IMG/VR virus record: IMGVR_UViG_3300048839_000240
Location: 1 to 33,798 of that record
From: a virus
Lineage: Duplodnaviria > Caudoviricetes
Strand: one strand, 5' to 3'
Length of the DNA stretch: 33,798 bases
The position numbers and the translations under genes were made by a program. The notes beneath the pieces are model-generated. The model did no database searches, was not told where the DNA came from, and was given only the letters and a program-made list of their open reading frames with translations. This document shows positions 5,867 to 15,068 of the stretch, piece after piece (within the stretch, counting starts at the first letter, position 1; each line of letters opens with the position of its first letter).

Positions 5867-8800
5867 ATGACGAAAACAGCGTTAGAGAAAGCTAATTATT
5901 CAACCTCCGTGTTGTACACCTATGACCAAGCCTACAAGGCGTCTCTTGAGTATTTCAGGGGGGATGCTTTGGCGGCGAATGTCTTTGTGACCAAGTATGC
6001 GTTGCAGGACGGTAACAATGGGTTTTTGGAACTAACTCCAGATGACATGCACCAGCGATTGGCGAGGGAATTTGCTCGGATTGAGCAGAAGTATCCTAAC
6101 CCGATGAGTTATGAGGAGATCTACAACCTGTTCAAGAACTACGATGAGGTAGTGGCACAGGGGTCTCCTCAATCCGCGATTGGGAACCCTTTCAAGGTGC
6201 AAAGCACCTCCAACTGTTTTTTAGTGGCCCCACCACACGACTCTTATTCTGGTATCTTGATGACAGACCAAGAACAGGTTCAAATCATGAAACGTCGTGG
6301 TGGCGTAGGATTTGACATCTCTACTCTTCGACCTAAAGGGATGGCTACGGCTAATGCAGCAGGCACGACGGATGGGATTGAGATCTTCATGGATCGGTTT
6401 TCCAATTCGTGTCGAGAGGTCGCACAATGTTTGGCAGAAGGGACTTTAGTTCTAACACGTAATGGATTGCAACCAATCGAAGATATTTCTCCAGGTTCAT
6501 TAGTGTGGACAGCCAATGGTTGGGTTCCTGTACAAAAAGTTCTCAAGAACAGGAAACTTGTCCATAAAATGGTTACCCATAATGGGTATGAGATTTATGC
6601 TTCTGAGGACCATGTTTTTCACACAATGGAAGGTGAGCTAGCTGTTGGAGAGCTAGGTCCGAACTCCCCTGTTTCCAACATTTTAGGAGAAGGTTGGGAA
6701 GGTTTTTCCATTGAAATGTCTTTACCTAACATGGAAAACAGTGGGAACAGATTAAAGTCCTACTCGCTGCCCACGAAGATGACAACAGAGTTGGCCTATT
6801 TTCTAGGCCAACTCTATGGGGATGGTTCTATTAGTGTTGTCCCTAGAGTAACTACATCCAATCATGAATTGTCGGTTGCGTTGTCTAACGATTGGCCAAC
6901 AGTAATTGACAAGATTAGAAATTGTGTGGAGACCACGTTTGTTGGCATTACTGCGAAAATTGAGCCGGGGGACGGTGATTGTCAGAGACTTCGAATCAGT
7001 TCCGAACAGATTGTTCAGTACTTGAAAGTCAATGGGTTCTTTAAGGTCAAGTCCCAGGACATCACATTCCCAACTCAGTTTTTGTCCGCCGATAAAGCAT
7101 TGTTAGCAGCATTTATTGGTGGGTATTTCGATGCGGACGGTTATGCGTCTGGTGCGAAGAAGGGTTACACATTTTCATCAACATCGAGGGATTTCCTTCA
7201 GACACTTAAAGTTGTTTTGGCGGCACACGGGATTACGTCTTCTTGGCATCGCGAAGATCGTAGTGCGAAAGGGTGGAGAGACCTCTACAGTCTTTCCGTT
7301 GTTGGGGCGTCTAGTCAAAGACGGTTCATTGAACTCTTGAATGGTGAAAGTGAGAAAGTAAAAGAGAAGAATTTTGTTGCGAAACGTGATTGCACTCTGT
7401 CTATTTTTAGAAGTGCAGACTTAGGGGTGTCTTACAACAAATTCTCTTTTTGCCCAGACAACTCTCATTTATTGTCACGCAACACAGTGGATAGACTACG
7501 TGTTGAGGGTGTTTTACTACCTGAAGACAGTTCACGACTTGTTTTTGATAGAGTCTCTTCGATTACGGTGGCACAAGAGGAAAACACCTATGATCTTGTA
7601 CTAGACGACGTTCACTTGTTTTTTGCTAATGGTCTGTATGCACATAACTGTGGTCGGCGTGGAGCTTTGATGTTGACGTTAAGTGTTCACCACCCGCAGG
7701 TTCGTGACTTCATCAACATCAAGAAGAACAGAACACGAGTCACCGGGGCGAACATTTCTCTACGCCTTTCAGACGAGTTCATGCGTGCAGTAGATGCCGG
7801 AGAAGACTATCGGCTTCGCTGGCCGGTTGACTCTAAGGAGCCTGTTGTTAGCGAGATGGTTTCTGCCAGAGAGATCTGGGACTTGATCAATCAGGCAGCA
7901 TGGGAGTCAGCGGAACCAGGGTTGCTTTTCTGGGATACCGCGAAAAACATGACTCCCTCGGACATCTACTCGGACTATGGTTTTGCATCTACATCAACCA
8001 ATCCGTGTATTGTAGGCGACACCCTGATTGCAGTAGCAGATGGTAGAAATGCTGTTTCTATTCGTCAGTTGGTGGAGGAGGGTAAAGACGTTCCTGTGTA
8101 CTCCACTAACATAGAAACAGGTAAAGTGGAGATTAAATGGGGACGTAACCCACGCCTCACTAAGAAAAACGCCGAAGTTTGGAAGTTGATTCTTGATGAT
8201 GGGAGCTATCTTATTGCCACCCCGGACCACAAGATTATGAAGTCAGACTGCTCCTATGTAGAGCTTAAGGATTTACAGTCTGGAGAGTCCGTGTTTCCGT
8301 TCTATACCTTTGACTCTAATGGGTATCGACAGGTGAGAAACACTGGTGAGAACTTCGTACATCAGGTGGTGAATAATCACAAGGTAGTAAGTGTAGAGAA
8401 ATATGGTGTAGAGGATGTCTATAACATCACAGTTGATGACAACCATAACTACCATGTAGTCACTTCTACTGAGGACGACAAATACATCACCTCTTCAGGT
8501 TTGTGCGTTAAAAACTGCGGGGAAATCGTTCTGTCAAATTACGACTCTTGTCGTCTTATGGTGCTCAATGTAACTACTTTTGTTGAGCACCCCTTCACCC
8601 CCAAGGCCAAGTTTAATTTCAAGCGATACGTAGATTCCGTCATCAAAGCACAAAGACTCATGGATGACATGATTGACCTTGAGCTAGAACAGGTGGACAA
8701 GATTCTAGCCAAGATCGAAGTAGACCCGGAGCCCGACTACGTAAAAGAAATCGAGCGGAGCCTGTGGTTGAAGATCCGACAGGCGGCGGTCAATGGTCGT

Positions 8801-10165
8801 CGTACAGGTTTGGGTATTACCGGGTTAGGTGATGCTGTAGCCATGATGAACTTGGTCTATGGTAAGGACGGGTCGTTTGAGTTCGTAGAGGATGCCTACA
8901 AGCACTTGGCAATTGGGTCTCACACAAGTTCCATCATCATGGCCAAGGAACGTGGTGCCTTCCCTGTGTTTAATTACGATTTGGAGAAGGACCATGTGTA
9001 CATGAAGCGCATTATTGATGCACTTCCAGAGGACATTCAGAAGCTCTACAAGAAGCATGGCCGTAGAAACATCGCCAACACGACAACAGCCCCCTGTGGT
9101 TCAATTTCCACACAGACTCAAACAACATCGGGCATTGAGCCCGCGTACTTGATTCACTACACGAGACGAAAGAAAATCAATCCCAGTGAGGCGGATGCCA
9201 AGGTGGATTTCGTGGATGAATTAGGAGACAAATGGCAGCATTTCCATGTTCTCCATCACGGTTTTGAGCAGTGGTGCGTAGCAACGGGTCGAGACCCCAA
9301 GGTTGTTGCTCAGGCGTTGTATGAGGGGGATACCTCAGCTTTGAAGGCAAGCCCCTACTATGAGGCGACCAGTAATGACATTTCCTGGGTCAATAAAGTT
9401 CGCATCCAGGGTCTTGCTCAAAAATGGATTGACCATGCGATCAGCAACACGACGAACTTGCCCAAGGATGTCACTGTGGATGTTGTGAAGCAGGTGTACA
9501 TGGAGGGGTGGAAGTCCGGTTGCAAGGGAGTCACGGTATATCGTGACGGATGCCGTGATGGTGTTCTAGTCAGCGACACGAGCACGCCCAAGGCTGAAGA
9601 TAAGGGGTTCGAGGAGCATGATGCTCCCCGTAGGCCCTTGGAGTTGGACTGTGAGGTTCACAGAACCCGAGTTCGTCATGGGGACGATTATGTAGACTGG
9701 ACGATTTTCGTCGGTCTATTGGACGGAAAACCCTACGAGATTTTCGGGGGGATGAGTGAGTTCATCGAGTTGTCCAACAAGATTGAATCTGGTTGGATCG
9801 TCAAGAGAACCCTCAAGTCAAGTGCCCGTTATGACTTCCACTACGGAGATAAGGATGAACCCTCCGTAATTCGGGACATCGTAAAGACCTTCGACAATCC
9901 TAACCACGGGGTTTTCACCCGGATGTTGAGTTTGAGTTTGCGGCATGGAGCGGCTGTGCATCATGTGATTGAGCAGCTTCAGAGGGACAAGGACAGCGAC
10001 CTTTTCAGCTTCAGTAAGGTCATGGCCCGTGTCTTGAAGAAATACGTCAAGGATGGCACCAAGTCCAGCATCCGTACCTGTCCCGATTGTGGTTCCGAGG
10101 GAACCTTGGTCTACCAGGAGGGTTGTGTGACCTGTACCGCTTGTGGTAGCTCCAAATGCGGGTGA
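5867..10165 (+). CDS. nrdJ: Class II (adenosylcobalamin-dependent) ribonucleotide reductase with two inteins (~855 aa after splicing)
   Basis: SNCF, RRGGVG, GRRGALM, TNP|CGE, GRRTGLG, TTAPCGS, SGIEP, KGVTVYRDG; C-terminal TSCPD-like domain and CPDC..CTAC Zn ribbon; no R2 gene in the window. Confidence 0.92.
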   Translation: MTKTALEKANYSTSVLYTYDQAYKASLEYFRGDALAANVFVTKYALQDGNNGFLELTPDDMHQRLAREFARIEQKYPNPMSYEEIYNLFKNYDEVVAQGSPQSAIGNPFKVQSTSNCFLVAPPHDSYSGILMTDQEQVQIMKRRGGVGFDISTLRPKGMATANAAGTTDGIEIFMDRFSNSCREVAQCLAEGTLVLTRNGLQPIEDISPGSLVWTANGWVPVQKVLKNRKLVHKMVTHNGYEIYASEDHVFHTMEGELAVGELGPNSPVSNILGEGWEGFSIEMSLPNMENSGNRLKSYSLPTKMTTELAYFLGQLYGDGSISVVPRVTTSNHELSVALSNDWPTVIDKIRNCVETTFVGITAKIEPGDGDCQRLRISSEQIVQYLKVNGFFKVKSQDITFPTQFLSADKALLAAFIGGYFDADGYASGAKKGYTFSSTSRDFLQTLKVVLAAHGITSSWHREDRSAKGWRDLYSLSVVGASSQRRFIELLNGESEKVKEKNFVAKRDCTLSIFRSADLGVSYNKFSFCPDNSHLLSRNTVDRLRVEGVLLPEDSSRLVFDRVSSITVAQEENTYDLVLDDVHLFFANGLYAHNCGRRGALMLTLSVHHPQVRDFINIKKNRTRVTGANISLRLSDEFMRAVDAGEDYRLRWPVDSKEPVVSEMVSAREIWDLINQAAWESAEPGLLFWDTAKNMTPSDIYSDYGFASTSTNPCIVGDTLIAVADGRNAVSIRQLVEEGKDVPVYSTNIETGKVEIKWGRNPRLTKKNAEVWKLILDDGSYLIATPDHKIMKSDCSYVELKDLQSGESVFPFYTFDSNGYRQVRNTGENFVHQVVNNHKVVSVEKYGVEDVYNITVDDNHNYHVVTSTEDDKYITSSGLCVKNCGEIVLSNYDSCRLMVLNVTTFVEHPFTPKAKFNFKRYVDSVIKAQRLMDDMIDLELEQVDKILAKIEVDPEPDYVKEIERSLWLKIRQAAVNGRRTGLGITGLGDAVAMMNLVYGKDGSFEFVEDAYKHLAIGSHTSSIIMAKERGAFPVFNYDLEKDHVYMKRIIDALPEDIQKLYKKHGRRNIANTTTAPCGSISTQTQTTSGIEPAYLIHYTRRKKINPSEADAKVDFVDELGDKWQHFHVLHHGFEQWCVATGRDPKVVAQALYEGDTSALKASPYYEATSNDISWVNKVRIQGLAQKWIDHAISNTTNLPKDVTVDVVKQVYMEGWKSGCKGVTVYRDGCRDGVLVSDTSTPKAEDKGFEEHDAPRRPLELDCEVHRTRVRHGDDYVDWTIFVGLLDGKPYEIFGGMSEFIELSNKIESGWIVKRTLKSSARYDFHYGDKDEPSVIRDIVKTFDNPNHGVFTRMLSLSLRHGAAVHHVIEQLQRDKDSDLFSFSKVMARVLKKYVKDGTKSSIRTCPDCGSEGTLVYQEGCVTCTACGSSKCG
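6428..7648 (+). mobile_element. Intein with LAGLIDADG homing endonuclease (407 aa)
   Basis: Starts CLAEGTLV and ends YAHN before Cys; LAGLIDADG blocks LAYFLGQLYGDGS and FIGGYFDADG; block F TYDLVL. Confidence 0.92.
8006..8515 (+). mobile_element. Mini-intein (170 aa) at the NP|CGE catalytic Cys
   Basis: Starts CIVGDTLI, block B ATPDHKI, block F VYNITVDDNHNY, ends CVKN before CGE; no endonuclease domain. Confidence 0.9.
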
Positions 10166-10169
10166 TGGA

Positions 10170-10198
10170 TAATCACTCTATACCTGCCTTTTAGGTAG
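10170..10198 (+). promoter_or_regulatory. Class-2 motif TAA-N6-TAT-N14-TAG
   Basis: TAA 10170, TAT 10179, TAG 10196, ATG 10200. Confidence 0.65.
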
Positions 10199-10199
10199 G

Positions 10200-10493
10200 A
10201 TGCAAAAAACAGCAAACGTCCAGAATAAAGTTCGCCTCGTAAGAGAAAAACTTCTTGACCTTGGAAAAGTTGGCCATGAGGACATCGTATTTGCGGATGC
10301 GTTGCACCTCATGGCTGATTTAGCTAAGGCCATGAGGTTGGACCTAAAATACCAGCACATGCTTTTTATGATCGCAGAGAAGATCATCGACGATCGTTAC
10401 GAAGACCCCCGTGGGGATGATTCTGGTATGTCCGAGAAGGACTTGCCACATCGAGTTGCGAGTCAATGGCTCACAGGTAGAAATCGACGTTGA
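10200..10493 (+). CDS. Hypothetical protein (97 aa) with KTA and RVASQWL motifs
   Basis: ORF after a class-2 motif; motif shared with ORFs at 30325 and 33113. Confidence 0.7.
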   Translation: MQKTANVQNKVRLVREKLLDLGKVGHEDIVFADALHLMADLAKAMRLDLKYQHMLFMIAEKIIDDRYEDPRGDDSGMSEKDLPHRVASQWLTGRNRR

Positions 10494-10614
10494 AGTCTAC
10501 GTCAGGTTTTTTCGGGGCGGGTTTTTTCTTTTCCTCTACGGGAGGCGGAGGCAACATCATAGGCAGGGAGATTTGATTCTCCTGGAGAGGTTGGGGTCTA
10601 TGAGGTTTCCTCAT
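10471..10614 (-). CDS. Small Pro/Lys-rich protein (47 aa), not in the ORF track
   Basis: MRKPHRPQPLQENQISLPMMLPPPPVEEKKKPAPKKPDVDFNVDFYL*; its TAGAGACATG start context is identical to that of ORF 3548. Confidence 0.5.
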   Translation of the reverse strand: MRKPHRPQPLQENQISLPMMLPPPPVEEKKKPAPKKPDVDFNVDFYL

Positions 10615-10674
10615 GTCTCTACCAATATAGGGATGGGTTATCAGGAAAACAATAGCTCGACCGAATTAAAAGCG

Positions 10675-10703
10675 AAAGGAGCCCGGTGACAGGCTCCTTT
10701 TTT
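10675..10703. terminator. Bidirectional intrinsic terminator
   Basis: AAAGGAGCC-cggtgaca-GGCTCCTTT-TTT, between convergent transcription units. Confidence 0.75.
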
Positions 10704-10790
10704 CATGCTTGCTCATTGAGCAGACCCACAAAGGACAGGATGGGGTGATTGTGGAGGTGAACTTTGTCGAAGATCTGCATTGTCTTATCC

Positions 10791-10817
10791 CACTCCCGAT
10801 TTTTTACACCGGGGGTG
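10791..10817 (-). promoter_or_regulatory. Class-1 hairpin copy lacking the CGTTTA half
   Basis: Minus strand: CACCCCCGGT [GTAAAAA] ATCGGGAGTG. Confidence 0.5.
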
Positions 10818-10833
10818 AATCAAGATGAGGCGT

Positions 10834-11037
10834 TTAGGCCAGCAAATATACCGTGGCAAGGGAGTCTTCAAGGGAGTGTCGCACAGCGACCTGCTTGTTG
10901 TCCTTGAAGATCAGGTACACGGCACCATTCCTCTTCTGTTCCAGATCGATGGTGAATCGCCCGCACACAGACGTTTGCACAAAATGTCCCTGGGTGAAGT
11001 CGGAGGGGTGAAAGTTGACTAGCTTTGGACGGTGCAT
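10834..11037 (-). CDS. Hypothetical protein (~67 aa)
   Basis: MHRPKLVNF..., with GGAG upstream and a class-1 element at 11054-11090. Confidence 0.65.
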   Translation of the reverse strand: MHRPKLVNFHPSDFTQGHFVQTSVCGRFTIDLEQKRNGAVYLIFKDNKQVAVRHSLEDSLATVYLLA

Positions 11038-11053
11038 GACGAATCTCTCCAAG

Positions 11054-11090
11054 AAAACGTCTTGACCCTCCAGTTTTTACACCGGAGGGT
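11054..11090 (-). promoter_or_regulatory. Class-1 element in a 10-bp hairpin
   Basis: Minus strand: ACCCTCCGGT [GTAAAA] ACTGGAGGGT caaga CGTTTT. Confidence 0.7.
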
Positions 11091-11101
11091 GAGGGTAAAG
11101 T

Positions 11102-11650
11102 TCAGACGGAGCCCTCGAAGGGGATGGTGGACTCCAGGTTGGAGGCGGTGACCCACACCACATCCGCCCAATTCTTGCCCTCCTTGCGGTCGGAGGTGCG
11201 GAGACCGACCCGACCATCACGGACCCAGAACACGATCCCCTTGGTGCCCTTGGCCACCTTGCGGCCCTTGGCTACCACCATCTCCTTACCGATGGTAGGG
11301 GCGTTGTGGGCGATCTTGGCCTCGATGAGACGGATCTGCTCTCGACGAGCCTTCTCGGCCTCCTCACGGATACGCTCCTCGGCCTCCAGCTTTGCCAGGT
11401 AACGATCCATGATCTCCGGGGTCGCGTCCACGGTCGCGCTTCCACGGTTCATATCACACTCGAACGAGGAAGAGTACTGGATGGTCTCCCACGTACCCTT
11501 GGACTCATCCCACGCAATCGCGTAGTACTCGTCGGCGTAGATATCCGACATGACGCGGTTGCATCGGACGAACTTCTCCACAACACAGCCCTCGTAGGAC
11601 TTGGTGATGACTCGGTTCGTGTCTCGGAGGTTGTAGGTCTCGATTGCCAT
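11102..11650 (-). CDS. Hypothetical protein with coiled coil and C-terminal SH3/KOW-like beta domain
   Basis: 182-aa ORF; E/R-rich helix followed by GKEMVVAKGRKVAKGTKGIVFW; class-1 element immediately upstream. Confidence 0.8.
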   Translation of the reverse strand: MAIETYNLRDTNRVITKSYEGCVVEKFVRCNRVMSDIYADEYYAIAWDESKGTWETIQYSSSFECDMNRGSATVDATPEIMDRYLAKLEAEERIREEAEKARREQIRLIEAKIAHNAPTIGKEMVVAKGRKVAKGTKGIVFWVRDGRVGLRTSDRKEGKNWADVVWVTASNLESTIPFEGSV

Positions 11651-11656
11651 ACCCTC

Positions 11657-11684
11657 TAAACGGAGAGACAGGGTTTTTTTTACA
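11657..11684 (-). promoter_or_regulatory. Class-1 element TGTAAAAA-N14-CGTTTA
   Basis: Minus strand; the ATG (11650) follows 6 nt after CGTTTA. Confidence 0.7.
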
Positions 11685-11745
11685 GGGTCGGGAGTATTTT
11701 TTCTCTGCGCGAATCCCGCACCCTCAAAAGGGCGTATAGGAGGAG

Positions 11746-12291
11746 ATGGAACGCTTACGTGTGCTAAATCTCACAGGTATTTTCTACCTCCAAGATTCGA
11801 ACACCCCCCATGTCGTAGATGAGACTACAGGTGCGACTCCAGTGGACATGTCTTACTATGTAGGCAAAAAAGTCCAAGTGGTTGCCCATCATTTTCCTCC
11901 AGAGCCTCCGAGTCGAGAACTATGGGGTGGGGGATGCTGTTACTACCAGACGAGCTACGAGGGAGCTACCTGTCCGTTCGGACATCACGCAAACCCCAAC
12001 TCTCTCTATGAGTTATCCGTCTCGGGCATCCTTCGGCATGAGGGGGATGACTACGTGGTAGAGACCGAGGACGGAATCAAGCATGAGATTAGGCTTGACT
12101 ATTTGGTAGGTCATCGATCTCGGTTGCTGATTATCAATCAGCCTGACTTTCAGAAAATGCAGGAGGAGATCAATTCGTTCAACCCAGATAACTTTCAGGA
12201 TGCGCCTCTTGACGTTCTACTCGACAAATTGCAAGGGTTGAAGGCGTATATCTCTGACCTACAAGGGCTTGCAAAGGATAGCGATGAGTGA
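11746..12291 (+). CDS. Hypothetical protein (181 aa), Cys/His cluster
   Basis: GGCGTATAG and GGAGGAG directly upstream; WGGGCCYY...CPFGHH; overlaps the recD2 start. Confidence 0.8.
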   Translation: MERLRVLNLTGIFYLQDSNTPHVVDETTGATPVDMSYYVGKKVQVVAHHFPPEPPSRELWGGGCCYYQTSYEGATCPFGHHANPNSLYELSVSGILRHEGDDYVVETEDGIKHEIRLDYLVGHRSRLLIINQPDFQKMQEEINSFNPDNFQDAPLDVLLDKLQGLKAYISDLQGLAKDSDE

Positions 12292-14614
12292 GTATTTTTC
12301 AGGCAGGGTTCATTCCGTTCTTTTTGAGAACACCGCTCAAAGTTTCTTCGTGCTTCGAGTCCTTCTCGATGGAAAAACCGAACCCGTCGTAGCTCGGGGG
12401 AACATCCCCGGTATCCGTATTAAAGTTGGAGTCTGGTTTGGGTTCGAAGCTGTTTGGGACATGCACCCACAGTATGGGAAGCAGCTAAAAATCGAAAAGG
12501 CTCCAATCGTCAAGGGTGAGTGGGACAACGACACTATCATCAACATTCTGTCAGGTCATGGTGTATCGGATGTTCTTCTACGGTTGATTGAGTCCAAGTT
12601 CAAGGATCAGTTTTCTCAAGCCTTGTCTTCCGTTGAAGACTTGCAAACGATCTCCGGGATCAATGAATTCACTGCCCTGCATATCAATGCCCGTTGGAAG
12701 AGTGCTCGGACGATGTTTCAGGCGCTCAACTTCTTGAGCAACTTCAATATTCCCAAGGTCAAGATTGACCAAATATGGAGAACCTTTGGGGATGAGTCAG
12801 AGACGATCCTTTCATCGAATCCTTGGGCCTTGGTTCAGATTGATGGGATTTCTTTCGACCAGGCGGATGAGATTGGGCGAAAACTCCAGTTGCCAATGGA
12901 CCAGGACAACAGAGTTCAGGGCGCCATTCTCTACACATTAAAGTCCCAGCGTAATCAGGGTCATCTTTACATCACCCCGGAGATTCTGACCAACTACATC
13001 ATGAATCTCATTCCAGGGGCTACCCCGATGCAGATCGCTACGGTCTTGAAGAAGAGCAAGGAGCAAAAGCTCCTTGTCCTTGACAATAAAACGAAATCGG
13101 GCACTATCGCGGTGTATGAACCTTGGTTCCATCATTTGGAGGAACAGTGCGCTAAGATTCTAGTCGAAAGGAAAAAGCAAGCTCACCTCGAAGGAGAGTC
13201 ATTGGAGAAGTACCTCGCTAGACTTGCCACGGTTGGTAAGAAAACCAGGGAACTTTTTGAAGCCGGGGATACACTGGAGAACATCGCCGGTTGTGCTTTG
13301 GACGAATGGGGTTCGACTAGCAAGTTGCTGCTCTCGGACATGCAGAGACAGGGGGCTGTCAATGCCCTGACCTCCGCCGTGTCTATTCTGACAGGGTTAC
13401 CCGGCTCCGGTAAGACAACGACTTTGAAGGTCGTTGTGAAGGTTCTTCAGGATGCTGGGATCCCGTTCTTGCTTGTTGCTCCCACGGGTATTGCCGCAAA
13501 AAGACTTCAATCAGTCACAGGTGCGGAGGCTTCTACGATCCATCGTGCCTTTGGAGCTAAAGGCATCGAGGGGGAGGATGACCGGGAGGTTACCTATGCT
13601 GGTGTAGTCGGTGAAAACTCCGTATCTGGAACGGATGGAGATGGCTCCACGGAATTTTGGGAATTCTCCGAGTCTAGTCCACACCCAGCCGAAGTGGTGA
13701 TTGTGGACGAAAGCAGCATGGTGGATCAACACCTTCTGTTTCGATTACTGTCCTGTACATCCCCTACTACCCGGTTGGTTTTCGTAGGAGATGCCGCTCA
13801 GTTGCCCTCCGTTGGTCCAGGGGATGTTCTCCACGATTTGATTTCATGCGGGAGATTCCCTGTGGTTTCACTGAAGGACATTTTCCGTCAACAAGACACA
13901 AGTGACATTGTAATTGCTGCTCACGCGATTCAGGATGGTCGTGTTCCTCACTTTGAGGTTCCCTCAAAGGACTTCTCCTTCATGGAGATTAAGGATGAGG
14001 GGAAAGTCCTAGACACGCTCATTGATATCGCTACCAAGCTCTACGAGAAGCGGGAGAACTTCCAAGTCCTGTCCCCCCGTCACAATGGAACCCTTGGGGT
14101 TACGAATCTCAACGTCAAGATTCGAGAACTTCTCAACCCCATGTCTCCTGGATTGAGGGAGCTACGCTTGGGATCGGATACCGTGAGAGAGGGGGACCGT
14201 ATCATGGTCTCCAAGAACAACTACAAGTACGAGATTTTCAACGGCGACGTGGGAAAAATCGTTCGCTTGGACCACAAGCTCAAGGAGGTGGAGATTAAGA
14301 TTCACGGGCCTCCGGTGTTGCATATCAAACTACCCTTCAAGGAGGCTGCAAACCATTTGAGGTTAGCCTACTGTGTGACTTGCCATAAGAGTCAGGGTCA
14401 GGAGTTCAATGTGATCCTCATGCCCATCGTAGGGTCTTTTAGGAATCAGCTTCAGAGAAACCTTGTCTACACGGCGATCACACGAGCGAAAAAGCGAGTG
14501 ATCCTCATCGGCCACTGGGATGCTTTTAAGTCCTCCGTGGACAACAATAAGGTGGACATGAGAAACACCTTGTTCCCACAGAGGATTCAAAAGTTCGCTG
14601 AAAACGAGGATTGA
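12284..14614 (+). CDS. recD2: RecD2-like SF1B helicase
   Basis: N-terminal OB-like region (HPQYGKQ), HhH segment NPWAL..IDGISF..AD, GLPGSGKTT, APTGIAAKRL, VDESSM, GDAAQLPSVG, FNGDVG, HKSQGQE, YTAITRAK. Confidence 0.92.
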   Translation: MSEYFSGRVHSVLFENTAQSFFVLRVLLDGKTEPVVARGNIPGIRIKVGVWFGFEAVWDMHPQYGKQLKIEKAPIVKGEWDNDTIINILSGHGVSDVLLRLIESKFKDQFSQALSSVEDLQTISGINEFTALHINARWKSARTMFQALNFLSNFNIPKVKIDQIWRTFGDESETILSSNPWALVQIDGISFDQADEIGRKLQLPMDQDNRVQGAILYTLKSQRNQGHLYITPEILTNYIMNLIPGATPMQIATVLKKSKEQKLLVLDNKTKSGTIAVYEPWFHHLEEQCAKILVERKKQAHLEGESLEKYLARLATVGKKTRELFEAGDTLENIAGCALDEWGSTSKLLLSDMQRQGAVNALTSAVSILTGLPGSGKTTTLKVVVKVLQDAGIPFLLVAPTGIAAKRLQSVTGAEASTIHRAFGAKGIEGEDDREVTYAGVVGENSVSGTDGDGSTEFWEFSESSPHPAEVVIVDESSMVDQHLLFRLLSCTSPTTRLVFVGDAAQLPSVGPGDVLHDLISCGRFPVVSLKDIFRQQDTSDIVIAAHAIQDGRVPHFEVPSKDFSFMEIKDEGKVLDTLIDIATKLYEKRENFQVLSPRHNGTLGVTNLNVKIRELLNPMSPGLRELRLGSDTVREGDRIMVSKNNYKYEIFNGDVGKIVRLDHKLKEVEIKIHGPPVLHIKLPFKEAANHLRLAYCVTCHKSQGQEFNVILMPIVGSFRNQLQRNLVYTAITRAKKRVILIGHWDAFKSSVDNNKVDMRNTLFPQRIQKFAENED

Positions 14615-14672
14615 AGATTGGCGTATAGCTCATTGAAAGGAACCCATAGCTTTTCGCATAGGGTAAAATCAA

Positions 14673-15068
14673 ATGTCACAAGAAAACAAAGGTAGTGAAG
14701 TTCTAGCTCGCATTGTCAAGAAAATCCGTATCACCAAGGTAGTTGCTACCAAGTCCGTCAAGGGCCGTGACGGTGATAGTTTCGCAGGTTTTTCTGCCGC
14801 TTGGGACAGTATTCAGGATGACTATGGTGGTCCCGGTGCTGATCTGATGAGCACTTCGACAGAGGACCAGGAACAGGCATCCCAGGGGATGACGTTGCAG
14901 GAGGCTTCGGTTGCCATGTATGTCGTGCAAATGAACGCTTCAATGGCGGCACTGGATGCTGCTCGTGCGAATGGTAGTATCACCAAAGACTATTATGCTG
15001 ACCAGAAGGAAGCCGTGAAGAAGAACTTCCAAGGACTCATTCAGGCGGCTCTAGAAAGAATCAAATGA
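14673..15068 (+). CDS. Hypothetical protein (131 aa)
   Basis: ORF downstream of TGAAAACG-N15-CGTATAG; coupled to the next gene. Confidence 0.75.
   Translation: MSQENKGSEVLARIVKKIRITKVVATKSVKGRDGDSFAGFSAAWDSIQDDYGGPGADLMSTSTEDQEQASQGMTLQEASVAMYVVQMNASMAALDAARANGSITKDYYADQKEAVKKNFQGLIQAALERIK

Noticed and set aside
10703-10780. 25-aa minus-strand ORF MQIFDKVHLHNHPILSFVGLLNEQA
   Set aside because: Very short, no SD, and the upstream class-1 copy lacks its -10 half. It cannot be supported, though it is not excluded.
14619-14672. GGCGTATAGCTCA resembling a tRNA 5' end
   Set aside because: No T-arm (GTTCRA) or acceptor-stem complement follows; it matches the GGCGTATAG promoter box instead.
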